Source: a virus. Taken from it: a DNA stretch of 25,123 nt. Of this stretch, positions 13,871-22,844 are shown in pieces; positions within the stretch are counted from its first letter, which is position 1, and each line of letters opens with the position of its first letter. The notes beneath the pieces are model-generated. The model was not told where the DNA came from. It saw nothing but the letters and a program-made list of their open reading frames with translations, and did not search any database. The translations under genes and the position numbers were made by a program. The DNA lies in the IMG/VR virus record IMGVR_UViG_2799112911_000001. One strand, written 5' to 3'.

Positions 13871-14122
13871 CTATTGTTTTTCAGAGTAACCCAAAACTCT
13901 TTTAGCTTTTTGTTTTGCGTCTTCAACATCTCCTTCGCCTCTTATCCTGCTTGCATAATGGCTGGCTACACCTAACACTATCATAAGGATACAGTAAGGA
14001 ATGGTATTTTCACTAATACCTAATGCTTCTGAGTATAACATGACGATTGGAATGACAGTGCCTAGAAATGAAGTCAATATGTCAATGTCCTTTCTGTTTT
14101 TCTCTAAGAATTCATAAATCAT
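13871..14122 (-). CDS. Small two-TM membrane protein (holin-like candidate)
   Basis: 83 aa with two hydrophobic segments and a basic C-terminus (KQKAKR); GGAGGT RBS upstream. Confidence 0.6.
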   Translation of the reverse strand: MIYEFLEKNRKDIDILTSFLGTVIPIVMLYSEALGISENTIPYCILMIVLGVASHYASRIRGEGDVEDAKQKAKRVLGYSEKQ

Positions 14123-14282
14123 TCTTGTTTACCTCCTCTTCATAATTTTTGTATGTATGGCTTAAGATTACACCATCAACGCAAATCTTTTCTTCAGTTC
14201 TGTAAACCTCTTCGGCGTTTTCTTTTATGTTTATCCAGGATTCGTATTCTTCCAACGTTTCAAAGTATTTTATGTATTTCAT
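14112..14282 (-). CDS. Small hypothetical viral protein (56 aa, MKYIKYFETLEEYESW...)
   Basis: GGAGG RBS; ATGA overlap with the upstream ORF; overlaps the downstream ORF start. Confidence 0.6.
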   Translation of the reverse strand: MKYIKYFETLEEYESWINIKENAEEVYRTEEKICVDGVILSHTYKNYEEEVNKNDL

Positions 14283-14470
14283 TGTGCCTCCCAAGTTATT
14301 GAGTAGTATAAGATTCCATCTTCGATTTTAAATGATATTATAGGTTTAACAGCATAAGGATAACCACTATCGACGTATCTAGTACCATTCCAGTAAAACC
14401 AATGGCCTGTTGAAGCGTCAATGTATGGTCCTTTATTTTCCAAAGTTCCTACGAGTTTCCTTATTGTCAT
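14279..14470 (-). CDS. Small hypothetical viral protein (63 aa)
   Basis: GTGAGG RBS and its own promoter motif upstream. GPYID..TGHWF...DSG resembles the PYIG.NGNW..DTG motif of phage fibre proteins. Confidence 0.6.
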   Translation of the reverse strand: MTIRKLVGTLENKGPYIDASTGHWFYWNGTRYVDSGYPYAVKPIISFKIEDGILYYSITWEAQ

Positions 14471-14522
14471 GCCATAACCTCACTTTAATATTATATATTT
14501 TATTATGTAATTTATTATATAT

Positions 14523-14544
14523 TTTATTATCTATTTTATATAAA
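14523..14544 (-). promoter_or_regulatory. Conserved viral-module promoter, copy 1 (TTTATATAAAATAGATAATAAA)
   Basis: Archaeal TATA box plus conserved downstream TAATAAA, upstream of 14470. The TATA box is formed by the last codons of the upstream gene. Confidence 0.6.
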
Positions 14545-15312
14545 GTATATATCTTTGCCATCATCACAGCCATCCCATTCCATGTACAGTTTGTTATCTT
14601 CCCAAACGAACCTGACATCATTGACAATAGCTACGTCGGGAAGCTCACAATATGTTACTCCATCTGCATCTTTAACATAATTGGCCTGTGCCATGATGTT
14701 TGATTCTGAAGGTATGATCATATTAACGACATGAGTTATTTCATCCTGTTCAAATGAGCAGTCCCCAAGATCAATACAGTTCTGGGATTCAGGATACATT
14801 TCGATTTCTGACATTTGCCTATAGACTCTAATGAACTGCGTATCCTCATTTTCCGTTAGATTAACGATTGAAAGTAATCTTAAATCATGACCTTGAACCG
14901 GATTGCATTCACCGTCACTGTCAATGTAGATTCTAGTGTTTGGCAATATATCTGCAGGTGCCGGTCTTTTTAATTTCAATCTGAAAACATCGCCCAATAC
15001 GGCCACTGCTACTAAAGTTAATCCTGAAGTTTTGACTTGTACTTTACCTAATAGATATCCGAATGCGAGTTCGCCTGCTTTAGCTTTTCTGACTATAGTA
15101 TGCTCCATTGTGGATGATTCATCTAACGTTACCATTTCACCAACTGCACACTGGTCGGAACAAATCCAAGCCGTATGTTCTTCATTAACATAGCTTCTGT
15201 CTCCTTCATCAAGTAGACAAGCTATTACATCCATTTTTTCTGAATGTTCCAATCCTGTTGGATATCCACGTCCATGTCCAATTGTTGAGTTTACATCATA
15301 ATCTATTATCAT
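14536..15312 (-). CDS. Capsid decoration/cement-like domain protein, paralogue of the 11876-12997 N-terminus
   Basis: Shared motifs LLDEGD/LLDDGD, AFGYLL/PIGIVV and [24 protein letters not shown]. The decoration function is inferred from context. Confidence 0.5.
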   Translation of the reverse strand: MIIDYDVNSTIGHGRGYPTGLEHSEKMDVIACLLDEGDRSYVNEEHTAWICSDQCAVGEMVTLDESSTMEHTIVRKAKAGELAFGYLLGKVQVKTSGLTLVAVAVLGDVFRLKLKRPAPADILPNTRIYIDSDGECNPVQGHDLRLLSIVNLTENEDTQFIRVYRQMSEIEMYPESQNCIDLGDCSFEQDEITHVVNMIIPSESNIMAQANYVKDADGVTYCELPDVAIVNDVRFVWEDNKLYMEWDGCDDGKDIYFI

Positions 15313-15313
15313 T

Positions 15314-16504
15314 TTAAAACACCCAATCCCAATTCTTGTTAATTATTTTATCTGGAATATGAAGTCCAGTATCTTCCATATCATCATCTTCAGCATCCCA
15401 CATTAACGTTGAGCCTCTGTATGCCTTAGTGTATTCGTGACTTCCTTTATATAAACGAATTCCAGTTTTTGTTCTTTCTGTTACTGTTACTGTTGGAATT
15501 CCATTAGCTGCAAACAATGGTGATGGAAATATGAGTAACCATTTTAGATCGACATAATTGAAATCTTCAAAGTCTGTTGTGGCGTAAAATGTTGGGGAGA
15601 TTTGAATTTCAGCATAGTTGGTTTCATAAATTTTGCCGGGATTGTTTCTGCTGAATCCTTCCAGGTAATCTGAGCTATTTGAAGTTCCAGTTCCTACACG
15701 GCCATGACGATGATATTGTTTATAATTTCCTTCCCCATCACTGCCTGAAGCATAAGCATCAAAGGAACTGGCCATTACTAAAGTTTTAGCACCATTAAAC
15801 ATGCAATAGTCCTTTTCCTCATCAGCCCAGTAGCATGTTGTACCTTTCGTATCTATTCCATATGTTGTGAGACTGCCATCAACTTGCATCATGACATTTC
15901 CAAAAGTTGAACCATGATATGTTGCATTGTCATTAACATCAACATTGCCCCCAATACGTTTAAATCTGGCTACAGTAACACGATTGTTACTTAATGATTG
16001 ACTTGAAGCAAATGTTGTAATTAAATCAGATGGAGAAGTTCCGTCAAGGTTAGGAACGAATCTAGCTCTGAGAAATCTGCCTCCGTCTGTTGAGTCATTG
16101 TTGATACTTAATCCTGAGTAGGTCATGAAAAAGTTTGAGTATGTATCATTATTTGCATCAAACATTAACACATCATTACCAGTTGTTAAAGTGCTGCTGA
16201 AGGTGGTTGAAGTATCATAAACATCAAGCAATAGCTTTGTGGTTTCTGAGATCTGGCCAACAGGAACTCTTGCAAGTATTGCTGCTGGTTGTGACCCATA
16301 AGCTGGAATGTATAATACTTGACATTCTGTATTGTTTGAGGTTTTGATCTTTAGGTTTTTCAAATCACTTCTGAAATAATTGGAGAAAGAACTGCTGGCT
16401 AAATTATCTAGGAAGATATAATCATAGCTGGATGAATAGCTACTGCTCCGTTGATTGTAATTGCTCATGACAATATTGATTTGTAATTTTTTCTGTAATG
16501 TCAT
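15314..16504 (-). CDS. Hypothetical virion-associated protein (S/T/G/N-rich, beta-rich)
   Basis: Long clean ORF. Likely start is ATG 16504 just downstream of the promoter motif (ORF track starts at 16552). The C-terminal LYKGS.EY.KAYRG..L.W motif resembles phage fibre termini. Confidence 0.6.
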   Translation of the reverse strand: MTLQKKLQINIVMSNYNQRSSSYSSSYDYIFLDNLASSSFSNYFRSDLKNLKIKTSNNTECQVLYIPAYGSQPAAILARVPVGQISETTKLLLDVYDTSTTFSSTLTTGNDVLMFDANNDTYSNFFMTYSGLSINNDSTDGGRFLRARFVPNLDGTSPSDLITTFASSQSLSNNRVTVARFKRIGGNVDVNDNATYHGSTFGNVMMQVDGSLTTYGIDTKGTTCYWADEEKDYCMFNGAKTLVMASSFDAYASGSDGEGNYKQYHRHGRVGTGTSNSSDYLEGFSRNNPGKIYETNYAEIQISPTFYATTDFEDFNYVDLKWLLIFPSPLFAANGIPTVTVTERTKTGIRLYKGSHEYTKAYRGSTLMWDAEDDDMEDTGLHIPDKIINKNWDWVF

Positions 16505-16513
16505 GATTAATAT

Positions 16514-16535
16514 TTTATTATCTCTTTTATATAAA
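16514..16535 (-). promoter_or_regulatory. Conserved viral-module promoter, copy 2 (TTTATATAAAAGAGATAATAAA)
   Basis: Near-identical to copy 1 and placed immediately upstream of ATG 16504. Confidence 0.6.
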
Positions 16536-16629
16536 ATATATAATAAAAACAATAATATTATTTGACAAAAAATTTTATAAAATTTAATTTATAATATATT
16601 ATTTTACCCTAGTTCTGTGAGGAAGTATA

Positions 16630-18225
16630 ATGTCAGAATATAAAATACCAATAATACCTAATTTAAATCTGGAAAAAAATGAAAAAGAACATTACGAATT
16701 TAATGTTAATGTTGGAAAAATTAAATCTAAAAAGACGGGACATATTTCCGAAATTTATAATATTAAAATAGAAATTCATGATAAAATTGATATTTATTTT
16801 GAGATAGATTGGTTAGCTTATAGTAATTTATTTATGGAGGAAGTTCCCTCAGATAATGGTAGAAAATTCATTGATAGTTCTGAAATTAGATTTTTTGATA
16901 TTGAGTGTGATTCTAATGGATATAACATATCTTTATTAAATTTTAATTTAAAAAATTATACTCATGAATCTAAAAATGGAATGGTGAAAGATTTTATTTT
17001 AGGAGAATGTGATGAATGTATTTTAGTAAAGAATAACAATTTCATAAATGATGATGAAAATGTTCGAGTATGGAATATTTTGGAATGTTCCAATACATCT
17101 CATGTTGGTTTTCTTGAATTTGAATCAGATAATCTAAGTAATGTATTTCTAAAATCAAGTAATACTCATGATTATTATAGTGAATATGAAACTGAACAAG
17201 ATTTAGAAATAATGTATAATCTTCGAGAAAATCAGAATAATTCTTTTAATCAACTTTTAGGGCAAGATTCATTTTTATATTATGAAGAGGTATATGGGGA
17301 AATTTCTAATGATATTATTAATAATATTAATAAACTATTGATGTTTTATGATTCTAATATTATCCCCTCCAGATTTGTAATTTTTGAATCAATAGATACA
17401 AAAAAATTGGAAATTAAAATAAAATCTAAAAATAATTATAAATTAAATGGAAGGTCTATTTTTAAAGATTGGCCTAATAATTTATTTAATTTTATTAATT
17501 CATCTTATGATGCTTATATTAATGCAAAAAATAGCAATATTGACATTGATTTATTATTTCATTATTATGTTTGGATAAAAAATGAACAATATGCTGAAGT
17601 TAAATTAATGTTATGTTCTGAATTTTTAGAAGTATTAAAAAATGATAAACTTAACCCCCATAAAAATGAAGAGGGTTATTTTTATGAAAAAATAGTTTAT
17701 AGGTTTAGCTCTGCTAAATTAGATACTTATAAATTATTAAAAATTTTACAACCAGAAATCATTCAAATAATTACTGATTTAGAAAAAGAGTATATTGACC
17801 AAGGTTATAAAAGAAAGGATGTAATAAAAATTTGCAAGAAATATAAAAAAGAATATTTATTGAGATGTATAGAACGTTATAGAAATAAAATTATCCATTC
17901 AGGAAAATTTGAATTACATCCAGAAGATATTAATAAAATTCTAGAAAACTTAATAACAGATTTTAAAAATGATTATACTATAGATAGTCAAATTGAACTC
18001 ATTGAAAAAATTGGAAATGATATGAAATTTGAATTAAATAATGTGGATGGCATATTTGATATTTTTAAACAAGCTAAACTTTTTGAAAGTATAATTGAAA
18101 TTTTTCTATTGAATCTACTTAATGTTGATTGTTTGTTAATCAATAATCATAGTTTAAGATCCAAAATACCTAATGAGGATGATTTCAATTCTAAAAATTA
18201 CGTTGACAAATTTATTAAAAAATAA
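16630..18225 (+). CDS. ApeA-like protein with C-terminal HEPN domain (531 aa)
   Basis: LLFHYYVW...LMLCSEFLEVL helix followed by IERYRNKIIHSG (RxxxxH). Very AT-rich and opposite in strand to the surrounding viral genes. Confidence 0.7.
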   Translation: MSEYKIPIIPNLNLEKNEKEHYEFNVNVGKIKSKKTGHISEIYNIKIEIHDKIDIYFEIDWLAYSNLFMEEVPSDNGRKFIDSSEIRFFDIECDSNGYNISLLNFNLKNYTHESKNGMVKDFILGECDECILVKNNNFINDDENVRVWNILECSNTSHVGFLEFESDNLSNVFLKSSNTHDYYSEYETEQDLEIMYNLRENQNNSFNQLLGQDSFLYYEEVYGEISNDIINNINKLLMFYDSNIIPSRFVIFESIDTKKLEIKIKSKNNYKLNGRSIFKDWPNNLFNFINSSYDAYINAKNSNIDIDLLFHYYVWIKNEQYAEVKLMLCSEFLEVLKNDKLNPHKNEEGYFYEKIVYRFSSAKLDTYKLLKILQPEIIQIITDLEKEYIDQGYKRKDVIKICKKYKKEYLLRCIERYRNKIIHSGKFELHPEDINKILENLITDFKNDYTIDSQIELIEKIGNDMKFELNNVDGIFDIFKQAKLFESIIEIFLLNLLNVDCLLINNHSLRSKIPNEDDFNSKNYVDKFIKK

Positions 18226-18336
18226 ATATTTCAAGTTTGAATCTACAATTACAATTCTTGAAGTTCCTAAAGATAAATAAACATCCTAGAATTATAAGTG
18301 TAGAAAAAATCAATGTAACTAATTAATAAAATTAAG

Positions 18337-18552
18337 CTATTGCTTGAAAAACCAACCATCAACGAAATCCATTAAATATTTATTAGATTTAACAATAATG
18401 GCTTTATCAAAATTAAGGAACAGGATATTGGATCCTGTTCCAGGGTTAAGTTTTTGAACATGTTTATTTATCAGCTCTGATAATGAATAACAACCTTGCT
18501 CTATAAGCATCAATGGTTTCAATGCACGATATTTAATGGGAAGTGAACACAT
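18337..18552 (-). CDS. Small hypothetical protein (71 aa, MCSLPIKY...)
   Basis: GGGGAGTG RBS directly before ATG 18552 (ORF track extends to 18627). No recognisable motif. Confidence 0.4.
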   Translation of the reverse strand: MCSLPIKYRALKPLMLIEQGCYSLSELINKHVQKLNPGTGSNILFLNFDKAIIVKSNKYLMDFVDGWFFKQ

Positions 18553-18629
18553 AACACTCCCCAATGAATAACGAGTTTTCCTACATATTAGTTTTAGCTC
18601 CGGTGGAAAAAGCAAAAACACCATCATAG

Positions 18630-19598
18630 CTAGATTCTGGTTCTATTGAATCCCATATCCTTTAAGATTTTATTATATTCCTCACGGGTCGTAAATGAAG
18701 GTTTATCTTCATCTCCTATTGAATCGGTTTCCCTGGCTTCACCATCATCACCAGAGTTAGAAGGATTTCTTCCTCCGGGAGTTGAACCATCATTACTGGC
18801 TTCAATTTTAATTCTTCTTTCAGCCAATTTTTCCATAAGTTCCATATCTACATCGCCGGTGAGTAGCTTATCAATTATCTCTTTATCCTGAGCGTTTTCA
18901 TTATAATTAAAGTTGTACTTTGCCTCGTACTCTTTTATTTTTCTTTCATTTTCAGCTTTACGAAGTTCAGACAATTCCTTTAAGATATCATCTTTACTGT
19001 CAATGAATTCCTTATTCTCTTCAATAGCTTTCTTAATCTCTTCATATTTTTCAGATTCTTCTTTTAAAGCATTAATTTCTTCCTGAAGCTTTCCGATTTC
19101 TGCATCCTTTCCCTGAAGTTTCTCCAACAATAAACTAGTTGCTACATTAGCTTCCTTGTTTTGAGGAGCAGGTGCCGCCTGAGGTTGTGGTTGAGGATTT
19201 CCTGTCTCACCAGAATCTCCGGCATTATCTGAATTCAACAAAGTAATTTTTCTAGGGCTTTTGGTTACACCAACATCAATCAAACTCATAGTATCAATTC
19301 CAAATGAATCTCCGTTATCTTTTAACAAGACATCAACTTTAGGGGACAATCCCTTTCCTTCCATATCCAGTTCATCAGGGATTTCTATGAATAGCTTTCC
19401 TTCTTCATAGCTTATTTCATTTCCAATTCCCACATAGATATTGTCATGCTCTGAAGTCAGCGGAATTCCTCCACGGTAGTTTTCAGCTATCAGCTTTAGA
19501 TCATCTTCAGTCCACTCAACAGGTTTGGTCAGGCGATTGTCCAGATCGGAGTAGTCATATGATCCGACTTCAAAAAGTTCATGTCTCATTATCATCAC
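18630..19598 (-). CDS. Prohead protease/scaffolding protein (Mu gpI-like)
   Basis: N-terminal domain with SEHD, GLSPK and LIDVGVTKSPR resembles the Mu-type protease pattern (H..., SP, vaLTn.P). It is followed by a QP/AP linker, an E/K-rich coiled coil and a short C-terminal helix typical of scaffolds. Directly downstream of the portal; start may be 19589. Confidence 0.65.
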   Translation of the reverse strand: MMIMRHELFEVGSYDYSDLDNRLTKPVEWTEDDLKLIAENYRGGIPLTSEHDNIYVGIGNEISYEEGKLFIEIPDELDMEGKGLSPKVDVLLKDNGDSFGIDTMSLIDVGVTKSPRKITLLNSDNAGDSGETGNPQPQPQAAPAPQNKEANVATSLLLEKLQGKDAEIGKLQEEINALKEESEKYEEIKKAIEENKEFIDSKDDILKELSELRKAENERKIKEYEAKYNFNYNENAQDKEIIDKLLTGDVDMELMEKLAERRIKIEASNDGSTPGGRNPSNSGDDGEARETDSIGDEDKPSFTTREEYNKILKDMGFNRTRI

Positions 19599-19622
19599 AC
19601 TTTTTTATTATATTAATTATTA

Positions 19623-19649
19623 TATAATTTATTACTTATTTTATATAAA
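19623..19649 (-). promoter_or_regulatory. Conserved viral-module promoter, copy 3 (TTTATATAAAATAAGTAATAAATTATA)
   Basis: TATA box plus TAATAAA upstream of the scaffold gene; perfect 27-bp inverted copy at 21044-21070. Confidence 0.65.
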
Positions 19650-19655
19650 CTTTTA

Positions 19656-20957
19656 TTATATTTCAACTCCGCTATCAGTTAGGATTCTCTCACCGACAGG
19701 CTGTTCCTCTTCAAAGTTACTTAGATAATTCTTATAGATTTCATCACCTTCAGAAGACAATTCCATAATGTATCGGAGTACATCATCTCTTGAATAGCTG
19801 AAGTAAATGTCTAAAGTTTCACTGATGCCCATTAGCTCCAACTGCCTATTCAATAGCTCATTACAGTACTTTAACACCCATTTCTGATCATTTGCAACAT
19901 TAACAATGAATCCTGTAATAGCCGAATCATTAATGTATTCTGCAACATTCTGATTAGATTTTTCATTACCTGCCTGTGACTGAGGAGTTACAAAAGTCCT
20001 TAAAATATTATTCCTGAAGATTTCAGTCTGTCTTGTATAATCTGACTGGTAGTTGTTACCCCCTAATATTTTAGATTCGATTCCAGGAGGTACAATAGCT
20101 ACATTACTGCCCGCAGTTGTGCCGTAATCAGCATATAGGTTTTCCTTAGCTGTGGATGAAAGTTCAGTAATGTAAGGCTGGCCGTTGGCATCCATTGCAG
20201 GTTTAACTTCAATAATATTATCCTTATTAATACGCTCTACCTGATTTCTTTCAAGATTGCATTTATGATAGATATCATCCAAGCAGTTTAAGATAATGCT
20301 TTGAGCTTCACAGTAGATTTCATTATACATGAAGTTAATGACCTCTTCAGGTTCATACTTAACCGTCAATGTTCCTTCTTCAACACTAACATAATTATTG
20401 AACTCTTCAGGAGATCCGTTAACAATATCTTTAGGCATCTCATGCAGGAATAACTGGACTTCATTATCATCATTGAATTCTTTTTTTAATCCGTAGCCGT
20501 GTGCGCCGATTTCTAAAAATATAGGTTTGAGGTATTTGCCAATCTTTTTATCCCATCTCGCCACAGGTTTAATTAATCCTTCCCCATCAACCATTCCACC
20601 CTGCAATATATTTTTAGCTACCTGGCTGATGTCAATTTTTCTGGCCCATAAAATCAAAGTTAATTTCTGCTCTTGAGATAATTTATTGTCCTTATCTACA
20701 AGCACAATATTAACATTAGCTTTATCAATTCTGTTTTTCAAAATACCTGAAGTATAACCGTCAAGTTTAACGGCATATCTAGCATTAGCTATTGTCTTGT
20801 TGATTACCGGAGGGAGTGCATCTGGAAGATCAAGGCCAGTATTTATTCCATCAGTTCTAGGTTGTCTTTCATCTTCACCCCAATAGCTGCGTTTAGTGTT
20901 GTACTGCTCTACACGGTTGTTTAATAATCTAGTTTTAATATAATCTGTTAATCCCAT
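19656..20957 (-). CDS. Portal-like protein
   Basis: 433 aa. YEPEEVINFMYNEIYCEAQSIILNCLDDIY resembles the portal 'EviH...yG.S.i' region, and AIVPPGIESKILG...NILRTFVTPQSQAG resembles the portal clip/stem. Upstream of the protease/scaffold gene, as in head modules. Confidence 0.65.
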   Translation of the reverse strand: MGLTDYIKTRLLNNRVEQYNTKRSYWGEDERQPRTDGINTGLDLPDALPPVINKTIANARYAVKLDGYTSGILKNRIDKANVNIVLVDKDNKLSQEQKLTLILWARKIDISQVAKNILQGGMVDGEGLIKPVARWDKKIGKYLKPIFLEIGAHGYGLKKEFNDDNEVQLFLHEMPKDIVNGSPEEFNNYVSVEEGTLTVKYEPEEVINFMYNEIYCEAQSIILNCLDDIYHKCNLERNQVERINKDNIIEVKPAMDANGQPYITELSSTAKENLYADYGTTAGSNVAIVPPGIESKILGGNNYQSDYTRQTEIFRNNILRTFVTPQSQAGNEKSNQNVAEYINDSAITGFIVNVANDQKWVLKYCNELLNRQLELMGISETLDIYFSYSRDDVLRYIMELSSEGDEIYKNYLSNFEEEQPVGERILTDSGVEI

Positions 20958-20995
20958 ATTATCATCCTAACATTTTTAAGTTTCATAAATATATA

Positions 20996-21043
20996 TTTAT
21001 TATATTATTTATTATATTATTTATTATATTATTTATTATATTA
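20996..21043. repeat. Four perfect tandem 12-bp repeats (TTTATTATATTA)x4
   Basis: Units start at 20996, 21008, 21020 and 21032, between a palindromic TATA (TTTATATAAA, 21044-21053) and the portal start. Confidence 0.9.
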
Positions 21044-21070
21044 TTTATATAAAATAAGTAATAAATTATA
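21044..21070 (+). promoter_or_regulatory. Conserved promoter motif, copy 4 (inverted; palindromic TATA possibly bidirectional)
   Basis: Exact reverse complement of 19623-19649. Confidence 0.55.
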
Positions 21071-21396
21071 AAGGTTAACTAAGTCTCAATACATTAATTA
21101 CTGGCAATTATACAAAATCACCTCATTCATTTTCTTACGAACAATTGTAACCTTTATTTGCCAAAAAGTTCAGATTATTAGTTGTAAAAATACGGCGAGA
21201 AAAAGAGTAAGTATACAAAAAGCAACTACAAAGATATTTATGATTTTATATGGAGAAAACTCAATTAATCCAATATCACCAATTGATCTTTTTACATGAA
21301 TGTAATCATTTTTATTTAGGATTATTAAAAATCTGAAATATTACTGTTCACATGCTCTCTAAATCCATTTATATTATCATTTACAAAAATTGAATT

Positions 21397-22734
21397 ATGG
21401 TTTTTGAAAAATATGTTGATGAAATTACATTATTAATTGAAAAAAATATTAAACGTTTATCTTTAAAAATTAGGCCAAAAATGGCTCATTATTCAATGAG
21501 TACAGAAAACTTATTTGAATTGACCTACGAAGAACATGAAAGATTATCTGAAATAGTTGAAGAGATTTCACATGAATTAAATCTTGAAAACAAATTCCCC
21601 CAAAAGTTTATTTTTGATAAATTAGTTAAAGAAGTTATAATCAAATCATATAACTATTCTTCCACGACTTCTGAAATTAAATCCAATTTAAAAATTAGAT
21701 TTAAAGAATTTGAAAAAATATTAATGGAAGAACTTAATGACTGGACATATTTTATTCCAATCACTGGAATTGATATTAAACAAATCCTCAATTTAGGCGA
21801 AATGTCAATTTATCCATTTAACTCGTTTTTAGATGAATTTTTAGATTATTTACAAAATGTTAAAATGTTGTCTTGTGATGATGAAGAGTATAAAATTCTT
21901 CATGATGAATGTATGGATTTAAAAAATTATTGTTTTGTCAAATTAACCGCTAACGGCACTAAAGAAACCTCAAGAGACAAGGCATTAAGCAAGACCAACG
22001 AGCTTCTGTCAATTTTTAGTTTATATAAGCCTTATAATTTCAATGCTTTTGGGATTATGGGTGGAATTTCACCTTTGAATTCTGAGATTATTACATATTC
22101 TATTAATGAAGATAAATTTAATATTTCTATGAGAATGACTAAAAGTGGTTGGAATTTAAATTTAACTGAAAGTATTGAACATATGAAAAAAAATCATTTG
22201 GACTATTTAATTAGTTTATTGGATAAAACTGAATTGAACTATGTCGAAGAATCGCTATTGCATTCAATACAATGGTATTATGAATCAGTTCAAACTGAAA
22301 CAGATTATGATGAAGATGTTGTCAAAGTAACCTTGGGTTCAGGAGATTATTTTGAGCATTACAGTTATTTTAAACTAGGTATTAGATTAATTAATTTAGT
22401 TTCATCTTTAGAATCTTTATTGATTTTTAATGATAGTACTAATAGGGATACCAGAAAAGAACGGTTTAATTTGATAATGAACTATAGAAATAAACAGCTA
22501 TATGATTATTCTAATGATTTAGATGATCTTTATGATCTTAGAAATGATATTGCCCATAGCAATAAGTTAGAAAAATTATTGCAATTCAACATTGAAAAGA
22601 ATACTAATTTATTAAATATATTTATAATTAAGTTTGTTGAACTCATATTGGACTTTAAAAAAGATTCTAGTAAATCTTTAAATAGTAAAGAAGATCTGGT
22701 TAGATTTTATTCTGGACAAAATAGATTGAATTAA
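21397..22734 (+). CDS. ApeA-like HEPN domain protein (445 aa)
   Basis: SIQWYYES...LVSSLESLL...LYDLRNDIAHSN (RxxxxH). The N-terminal YFIPITGI...LGEMSIYPF motif is shared with the two 423-aa proteins. Confidence 0.75.
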   Translation: MVFEKYVDEITLLIEKNIKRLSLKIRPKMAHYSMSTENLFELTYEEHERLSEIVEEISHELNLENKFPQKFIFDKLVKEVIIKSYNYSSTTSEIKSNLKIRFKEFEKILMEELNDWTYFIPITGIDIKQILNLGEMSIYPFNSFLDEFLDYLQNVKMLSCDDEEYKILHDECMDLKNYCFVKLTANGTKETSRDKALSKTNELLSIFSLYKPYNFNAFGIMGGISPLNSEIITYSINEDKFNISMRMTKSGWNLNLTESIEHMKKNHLDYLISLLDKTELNYVEESLLHSIQWYYESVQTETDYDEDVVKVTLGSGDYFEHYSYFKLGIRLINLVSSLESLLIFNDSTNRDTRKERFNLIMNYRNKQLYDYSNDLDDLYDLRNDIAHSNKLEKLLQFNIEKNTNLLNIFIIKFVELILDFKKDSSKSLNSKEDLVRFYSGQNRLN

Positions 22735-22844
22735 ACAGTTATTATCAATTATTTCATGATTCTTAAAAGAGACAATGACATGTTTTTAATAGATTATTGA
22801 AATTTGAATAGTTGAATGGTTAAAATTATTTTTTTAGTGATATT

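Noticed and set aside
14410-14703. ORFs 14410-14703 (-) and 14433-14627 (-)
   Set aside because: They run through the AT-rich promoter region and overlap better-supported genes that have RBSs.
20996-21043. Possible CRISPR array
   Set aside because: The 12-bp units are directly adjacent with no spacers, and no cas genes are present.
21150-21330. Short minus-strand frame encoding a hydrophobic helix (IINIFVVAFCILTLFLAVFLQLII)
   Set aside because: No start codon after the upstream stop; at best a gene remnant and not supportable.
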